From assembly GCA_048571215.1 (NCBI GenBank), contig CP182352.1, forward strand, positions 2,784,001 through 2,848,000: a stretch of DNA of 64,000 nt. The letters run 5' to 3'. Each line of letters begins with the position of its first letter. The stretch's first letter is position 1. Shown here piece by piece: positions 58,582-64,000 of the stretch. The notes under the pieces were generated by a model. The model was given only the letters and a program-made list of their open reading frames with translations, was not told the DNA's origin and did not search any database. The translations under genes and the position numbers were made by a program. This stretch comes from Halarcobacter sp. (GTDB lineage: Bacteria > Campylobacterota > Campylobacteria > Campylobacterales > Arcobacteraceae).

Positions 58582-59849
58582 TATAAACTTCTAGGGTCAG
58601 TTATATATCCAGAAATTGCACTTGCTGCGGCAACTGCACTATTTGCTAAGTAGATTTTAGATGACCTACTTCCCATTCTTCCTACGAAGTTTCTATTTGT
58701 AGTAGAGATACAAACCTCATCATCTCCTAAAATCCCCATATATCCTCCTAAACATGCTCCACATGTTGGATTTGATACAACTGCACCTGCATCTACTAAA
58801 GTATCAATATAGCCAGCTTTAGTAGCATCCCTTAAGATTTTTTGAGTACCTGGAGTTATGATAAGTCTTACATGACGTGCAACTTTTTTATCTTTTAAAA
58901 TCTCAGCTGCAACTTTAAAGTCACTCAGTCTTCCATTTGTACATGAACCTATAAATACTTGATCAACTTTAATATTCTCTTTAACTGCTTCATTTACTGA
59001 GTGTCCATTTGATGGCAAGAAAGGATAAGCAATAACTGGATCTAGTTTTTCAACATCTATTTCAATCACTTGACAATATGTTGCATCCTCATCACTGTAA
59101 TGAATTTTTGGTTCTGCTCTTAATGAATCTCTACTATCTAAAAACTCTTTTGTTACTTCATCATATGCAACTATACCGTTTTTAGCTCCAGCTTCAATCG
59201 CCATATTACATAAAGAGAATCTATCATCCATACTTAAATATCCAATTGTATCCCCTGTAAACTCTAAAGTTTTGTATAAGGCTCCATCAACACCTAAAAT
59301 TCTAATAATCTCTAAAATTAAGTCTTTCCCTGTTACAAATGGTGCTGGTTTACCTTTAAAAATTACTTTAATTGACTCTGGAACTTTAAACCAGTTACCA
59401 CCTGTGATCATACCAAAAGATATATCTGTACTTCCCATACCTGTTGAAAATGCACCTAATGCACCATGTGTACATGTATGTGAATCAGCTCCAATAATAA
59501 CATCACCTGGTAATACTAAACCTTTTTCTGGTAAAAGTGCATGCTCAATACCCATATCTTTTTCATCAAAGAAGTATTTTAAATTGTGTTTCATTGCAAA
59601 ATCTCTTGATATTTTTGCTTGATTTGCACTTGCAATATCTTTTGCAGGAATAAAATGATCTAATACAATTGCAAAACCTTCAGGATTTGCTAGTTTTTCA
59701 AAACCACCCTCTTCAAATGCTCTAATAGATATAGGAGTTGTAATATCATTTCCAATTACCATATCAATTGGGCTTCTTATAATCTCCCCTGCAAAAACCT
59801 CTTTTCCTACATGTTCACTAAATATTTTTTCTGTTATTGTTTGACCCAT
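58581..59849 (-). CDS. leuC: 3-isopropylmalate dehydratase large subunit (start ATG 59849, or TTG 59864)
   Basis: GQTITEKI, ADSHTCTHGA, IGSCTNGR, CGACLG, STTNRNFVGRMG. Confidence 0.92.
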   Translation of the reverse strand: MGQTITEKIFSEHVGKEVFAGEIIRSPIDMVIGNDITTPISIRAFEEGGFEKLANPEGFAIVLDHFIPAKDIASANQAKISRDFAMKHNLKYFFDEKDMGIEHALLPEKGLVLPGDVIIGADSHTCTHGALGAFSTGMGSTDISFGMITGGNWFKVPESIKVIFKGKPAPFVTGKDLILEIIRILGVDGALYKTLEFTGDTIGYLSMDDRFSLCNMAIEAGAKNGIVAYDEVTKEFLDSRDSLRAEPKIHYSDEDATYCQVIEIDVEKLDPVIAYPFLPSNGHSVNEAVKENIKVDQVFIGSCTNGRLSDFKVAAEILKDKKVARHVRLIITPGTQKILRDATKAGYIDTLVDAGAVVSNPTCGACLGGYMGILGDDEVCISTTNRNFVGRMGSRSSKIYLANSAVAAASAISGYITDPRSL

Positions 59850-59953
59850 TATTTTAGTTGGCAATAGTTAGTATTCTACTAACTAAAACCCCCTCCTTAT
59901 AAATTTTTTTTTTGGATTATAGCTAAATTTCTTTTTAACTACAAAATTTAAAA

Positions 59954-60421
59954 CTATATCTCTTTTCTTTTCTTTTCTTCTTTGTAGATTTGATACTGTT
60001 TATATAAAATTAAAACAACAGCTAAATCTATGATTACATCTGCAAAGTTAAATATTGCAAACTCAAAACCATAATGCCAATAAACATAATCTACCACTCC
60101 ACCATAAGTAAATCTATCTAATATATTAGATAAACCACCTGCAAAAAGCAATCCAATCTCTATATTGTATTGTTTAAAAACAGCAGGATTTTTATATAAA
60201 TATCCTATGGCTACAACAACTAATAAAAGTTGTAAATACTTTAAATACTCTTGCAAAAATGAAAACATTGAAAAGGCAACACCTTTATTATATACCAAAT
60301 GCAATGAGATAATACTCCCATCAACATTCCAATCATAATTTACAAAACAAAACTTTATTATTTGATCAAGTATAAATACAAAAACAAATATAAATAAAGT
60401 GACTTTTAACTTCTCTTTCAT
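59954..60421 (-). CDS. lspA: Lipoprotein signal peptidase II
   Basis: LDQ, NKGVAF, SNILDR, VVDY, FNFAD. Confidence 0.95.
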   Translation of the reverse strand: MKEKLKVTLFIFVFVFILDQIIKFCFVNYDWNVDGSIISLHLVYNKGVAFSMFSFLQEYLKYLQLLLVVVAIGYLYKNPAVFKQYNIEIGLLFAGGLSNILDRFTYGGVVDYVYWHYGFEFAIFNFADVIIDLAVVLILYKQYQIYKEEKKRKEI

Positions 60422-61752
60422 AGAACTTTTTTAATAAAAGAGACTAACTCATCCATAGATTTTTCAACCTCTTTTTTATCTTTACCCTCTAAGAGTAATC
60501 TTATTTTATTTTCTGTTCCAGAGTATCTAATCAAATCTCTAATACCTTTTTTTCTAAATGATTCCAATAAAGGTTCTAAGCCTTCAATTTTATTCAATGG
60601 TTTTTTTTCAGATACAATTAGATTAGTTAAAATTTGTGGATATAGTTTAAAAGGATTTAAAACTTCACTTGCTTTTTTACCACTTCTTAATACTAATGCC
60701 AATACTTGTAAAGCAGATGCTAAACCATCTCCCGTTTTTGCCACATCAGAAAATATAATATGCCCACTTTGCTCTCCACCAAAATTGATATTATGTTTTT
60801 TCATTTCTACTAAAACATTTTTATCTCCAACATTAGACCTAATAAGTTTTAATTGGTGGGAATTTAAATAGTCTTCTAAAGCTTTATTACTCATAACAGT
60901 AGCAACACAACCTTTACCCTCTAATGTACCTTCATTTTTCAAAAATAGACAAAGTGCACCTATGAGTTTATCCCCATCAATCACTTCCCCATTTTCATCA
61001 ACTATAACTAATCTATCCGCATCACCATCAAGTGCAATACCTATGTCTGCTCTATACTCTTTTACTATTTTTCCAAGATGTTTTGGATATAAAGCTCCAC
61101 ACTCTTCATTTATATTATAACCATTTGGTTTATTGTTCATTATAATTATATCGGCACCAAGTTCTTCTAAAATAGTTGGAGCAACTTTATATGCCGCCCC
61201 ATTTGCACAATCTAAAACTATTCTCATACCATGTAAAGATAAATCTTTTGGAAAAGAGCTTTTAATAGAAACAATATATCTTCCTATAACATCATCTATT
61301 CTTTTTGAAGAACCTATATCTTTTCCTATAGTTGAACCCTCTTTTAATAACTCTTCATTATTAAAAATATTTTCAATATCCTCTTCACTTTTTGCACTTA
61401 GTTTATCTCCATGATTATTGAAAAATTTTATTCCATTATCTTCATATGGATTGTGTGAAGCACTTATCATAATTCCAGCATCACATCTCATCGATTCTGT
61501 TAAATATGCAATAGCTGGAGTTGGCATTGGACCTATTTGAATTACATCATATCCAACAGAAGTTAGACCACTTACAAGTGCATTTTCTATCATATATCCA
61601 CTTCTTCTAGTGTCTTTTCCAACTAAAATCTTCTTTGTAGTTGAGTATTGTTTAAAATATATCCCTGCTGCTTTTGCTAATTTCAAAACTGTTATTGCAT
61701 CTAAATATTCTCCAGCAAGTCCACGCACACCATCTGTTCCAAACAATTTCAT
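60418..61752 (-). CDS. glmM: Phosphoglucosamine mutase
   Basis: [34 protein letters not shown]. Confidence 0.96.
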   Translation of the reverse strand: MKLFGTDGVRGLAGEYLDAITVLKLAKAAGIYFKQYSTTKKILVGKDTRRSGYMIENALVSGLTSVGYDVIQIGPMPTPAIAYLTESMRCDAGIMISASHNPYEDNGIKFFNNHGDKLSAKSEEDIENIFNNEELLKEGSTIGKDIGSSKRIDDVIGRYIVSIKSSFPKDLSLHGMRIVLDCANGAAYKVAPTILEELGADIIIMNNKPNGYNINEECGALYPKHLGKIVKEYRADIGIALDGDADRLVIVDENGEVIDGDKLIGALCLFLKNEGTLEGKGCVATVMSNKALEDYLNSHQLKLIRSNVGDKNVLVEMKKHNINFGGEQSGHIIFSDVAKTGDGLASALQVLALVLRSGKKASEVLNPFKLYPQILTNLIVSEKKPLNKIEGLEPLLESFRKKGIRDLIRYSGTENKIRLLLEGKDKKEVEKSMDELVSFIKKVL

Positions 61753-61871
61753 TGATATCCTTTTATAAAGAAATGTAGATTTTAAATTAAATTAAACTTA
61801 TTTTAAACTAACTTTAAAGTTATTTAGATACTATTCTATCCTTAAAAATTTTACAAAGAGGTTAAACAACA

Positions 61872-62132
61872 ATGGCAAATCATAAATCTGCTGAAAAAAG
61901 AGCAAGACAAACGAAAATTAGAACAGAAAGAAATAGATTTTATAAAACTAGAATTAAAAATGTAATTAAAGATGTATTATCATCAGTTGAAGCTGCTGAT
62001 AAAGATAAAGCAAGCGAAGCTATGAAAACTGCTAACAAATATATTCACCACTGTGTTTCAAAGGGAATCCTTAAAAAAGGAAATGCAGCAAGAAAAGTTA
62101 GTAGATTACAAGTTAAAATCAACGCTTTATAA
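61872..62132 (+). CDS. rpsT: 30S ribosomal protein S20
   Basis: [21 protein letters not shown]. Confidence 0.96.
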   Translation: MANHKSAEKRARQTKIRTERNRFYKTRIKNVIKDVLSSVEAADKDKASEAMKTANKYIHHCVSKGILKKGNAARKVSRLQVKINAL

Positions 62133-62184
62133 TTCATATTTTTTCTATTATATTTAATTAATAATTTTATAAATACAAACAATT

Positions 62185-63252
62185 ATGCTACAGAATAAAC
62201 TACAGCCTTTTATAGATAGATATGAAGAGATTAACAATATGTTAATCTCTCCAGATATCACATCAGATATTAAAAGAATGACTAATCTATCTAAAGAACA
62301 ATCAAGTATAGAACCTATTGTTACTAAAGCTAGAGAGTATATAAAACTTCTAAATGATATAGAAGACAATAAACTAATGCTTGAAGATAATGAGTTAGGG
62401 GAACTTGCTAAAGAGGAATTAAGAGAGTTAGAACCTTTAAAGCCTAAGCTTGAGGAAGAGATTAAATTCTTGATGATTCCAAAAGATCCAAACGATGAAA
62501 AAAATATCTATTTAGAACTTAGAGCAGGAACTGGTGGTGATGAAGCAGCAATATTTGTAGGTGATCTTTTTAGAGGTTACTTAAGATATGCAGAAAACAA
62601 TGCTTGGAAAGTTGAAATCATGAACCAAAGTGAGAGTGAATCTGGTGGATATAAAGAGATTGTAGCTTTATTTAAAGGTGACCATGTATATTCAAAATTA
62701 AAATTTGAAGGTGGTACCCACAGAGTTCAAAGAGTTCCAGCAACAGAATCTCAAGGAAGAGTTCATACTTCTGCAATTACAGTAGCTGTTATGCCAGAGG
62801 TTGATGATGTAGAGATTGAAATCAATCCAAACGATTTAAAGATTGATGTTATGAGATCAAGTGGTTGTGGTGGACAATCAGTAAATACTACAGACTCAGC
62901 AGTTAGAATTACCCACCTGCCAAGTGGATTAGTTGTAACAAACCAAGACCAAAAATCACAACATAAAAATAAAGAAAAAGCTATGAAAGTCTTAAAAGCT
63001 AGACTTTATGATTTGCAAATGCAAGAACAAATGCAAAGTGAAGGTGCTAATAGAAAAGAGCAAGTTGGTACTGGAGATAGAAGTGGTAGAATTAGAACAT
63101 ATAACTACCCACAAAACAGAGTAACAGACCATAGAATTAACCTAACCTTATACAGACTTGAAAACATAATGAATGATGGGTACTTTGACGAAATTATTGA
63201 CCCACTTATAACAGACTATCAAACAAAACTTATGGAAGTAAACGGACTTTAA
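62185..63252 (+). CDS. prfA: Peptide chain release factor 1
   Basis: [18 protein letters not shown] (PxT), [14 protein letters not shown]. Confidence 0.97.
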   Translation: MLQNKLQPFIDRYEEINNMLISPDITSDIKRMTNLSKEQSSIEPIVTKAREYIKLLNDIEDNKLMLEDNELGELAKEELRELEPLKPKLEEEIKFLMIPKDPNDEKNIYLELRAGTGGDEAAIFVGDLFRGYLRYAENNAWKVEIMNQSESESGGYKEIVALFKGDHVYSKLKFEGGTHRVQRVPATESQGRVHTSAITVAVMPEVDDVEIEINPNDLKIDVMRSSGCGGQSVNTTDSAVRITHLPSGLVVTNQDQKSQHKNKEKAMKVLKARLYDLQMQEQMQSEGANRKEQVGTGDRSGRIRTYNYPQNRVTDHRINLTLYRLENIMNDGYFDEIIDPLITDYQTKLMEVNGL

Positions 63253-63325
63253 TCTTTTAAAGTTTGTTTGCTTTTTTTAAACACACACTAAACCTTTTCC
63301 CCTAAACTTTACCCTTAACATATAA

Positions 63326-63357
63326 GTAACCAAAATGTAATCAATACTTTATATACT
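63326..63357 (+). promoter_or_regulatory. Putative Pho box plus -10 of pstS (GTAAC-N6-GTAAT-N10-TATACT)
   Basis: 11-bp-period direct repeat with spacing identical to the phnF promoter. Confidence 0.65.
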
Positions 63358-63387
63358 TTCATATCAAAAATAGATAAAGGTGAACAT

Positions 63388-64000
63388 ATGACAATCAAAA
63401 AAACAACAATTGCATTACTAGCAAGTGCAGCTCTTACTGTATCTTTAAGTGCAAGAGATCAAATCAAAATCGTTGGATCTTCAACGGTATATCCATTCTC
63501 TTCATCAGTTGCTGAAGAACTTGGTGCTACAACTAAATACCCAACTCCAGTAGTTGAATCAACTGGTTCAGGTGGTGGTATGAAACTATTTTGTGCTGGA
63601 AATGATTTAAATACTCCAGATATCACAAATGCTTCAAGAAGAATGAAAACTAAAGAGTTTACATTGTGTGAAAAAAATGGTGTAACTGATATCACAGAAG
63701 CAGTAGTTGGTTATGATGGTATTGCATTTGCACAATCAAAAGTTAACCCAGCGTTTAATATTTCAAGAGAAAACTTAGCTTTAGCAGTTGCAGCTGAAGT
63801 TCCTTCAAAAGATGGTAAATCATTAATAGCAAACCCATATAAAAAATGGTCTGAAATTGATGCTTCATTACCAGATAGAGAAATCATCGTTTATGGTCCT
63901 CCAAAATCTTCTGGAACAAGAGATGCATTTGAAGAATTAGTAATGCAACACACTTTCAAAAAAATGCCTGTATATACTGACCTTTATAAAGCAGACAAAA
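63388..64000 (+). CDS. pstS: Phosphate ABC transporter substrate-binding protein PstS, 3'-truncated by the window edge
   Basis: Manual translation MTIKKTTIALL...RDQIKIVGSSTVYPF...STGSGGG...NASR...GPPKSSGTRDAF. Confidence 0.92.
   Translation, partial: MTIKKTTIALLASAALTVSLSARDQIKIVGSSTVYPFSSSVAEELGATTKYPTPVVESTGSGGGMKLFCAGNDLNTPDITNASRRMKTKEFTLCEKNGVTDITEAVVGYDGIAFAQSKVNPAFNISRENLALAVAAEVPSKDGKSLIANPYKKWSEIDASLPDREIIVYGPPKSSGTRDAFEELVMQHTFKKMPVYTDLYKADK

Overview
AT-rich bacterial chromosome segment; gene content and protein style point to Campylobacterota, most likely Arcobacteraceae (inference, no database search). Left to right: the end of a group 3d NAD-linked [NiFe]-hydrogenase operon (hoxF'UYH plus an unannotated hoxW with no ATG start); a complete C-P lyase phosphonate operon (phnF-CDE-GHIJKLM-acetyltransferase-phnN-EEP-phnP); a TetR/RND efflux locus; seven tRNAs; housekeeping genes (thiG to dxr/cdsA, thrS-infC-rpmI-rplT); an accessory island at about 37.4-48.05 kb; a sulfur-metabolism cluster (PsrABC-like, rhodanese, Sqr/FCSD-like, cytochromes); mobA-leuC-lspA-glmM, rpsT-prfA and the start of pstS. 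The island is the most interesting part. It holds two copies of a non-coding module: about 600-bp double-arm palindromic repeats plus a conserved AT-rich segment ending in an attI-like site. Each module is followed directly by integron-type gene cassettes with attC sites, yet no integrase gene lies in the window. One repeat is interrupted by an IS110 element whose non-coding left end contains a readable bridge RNA, with guide segments matching both the repeat target and the element's own circle junction.
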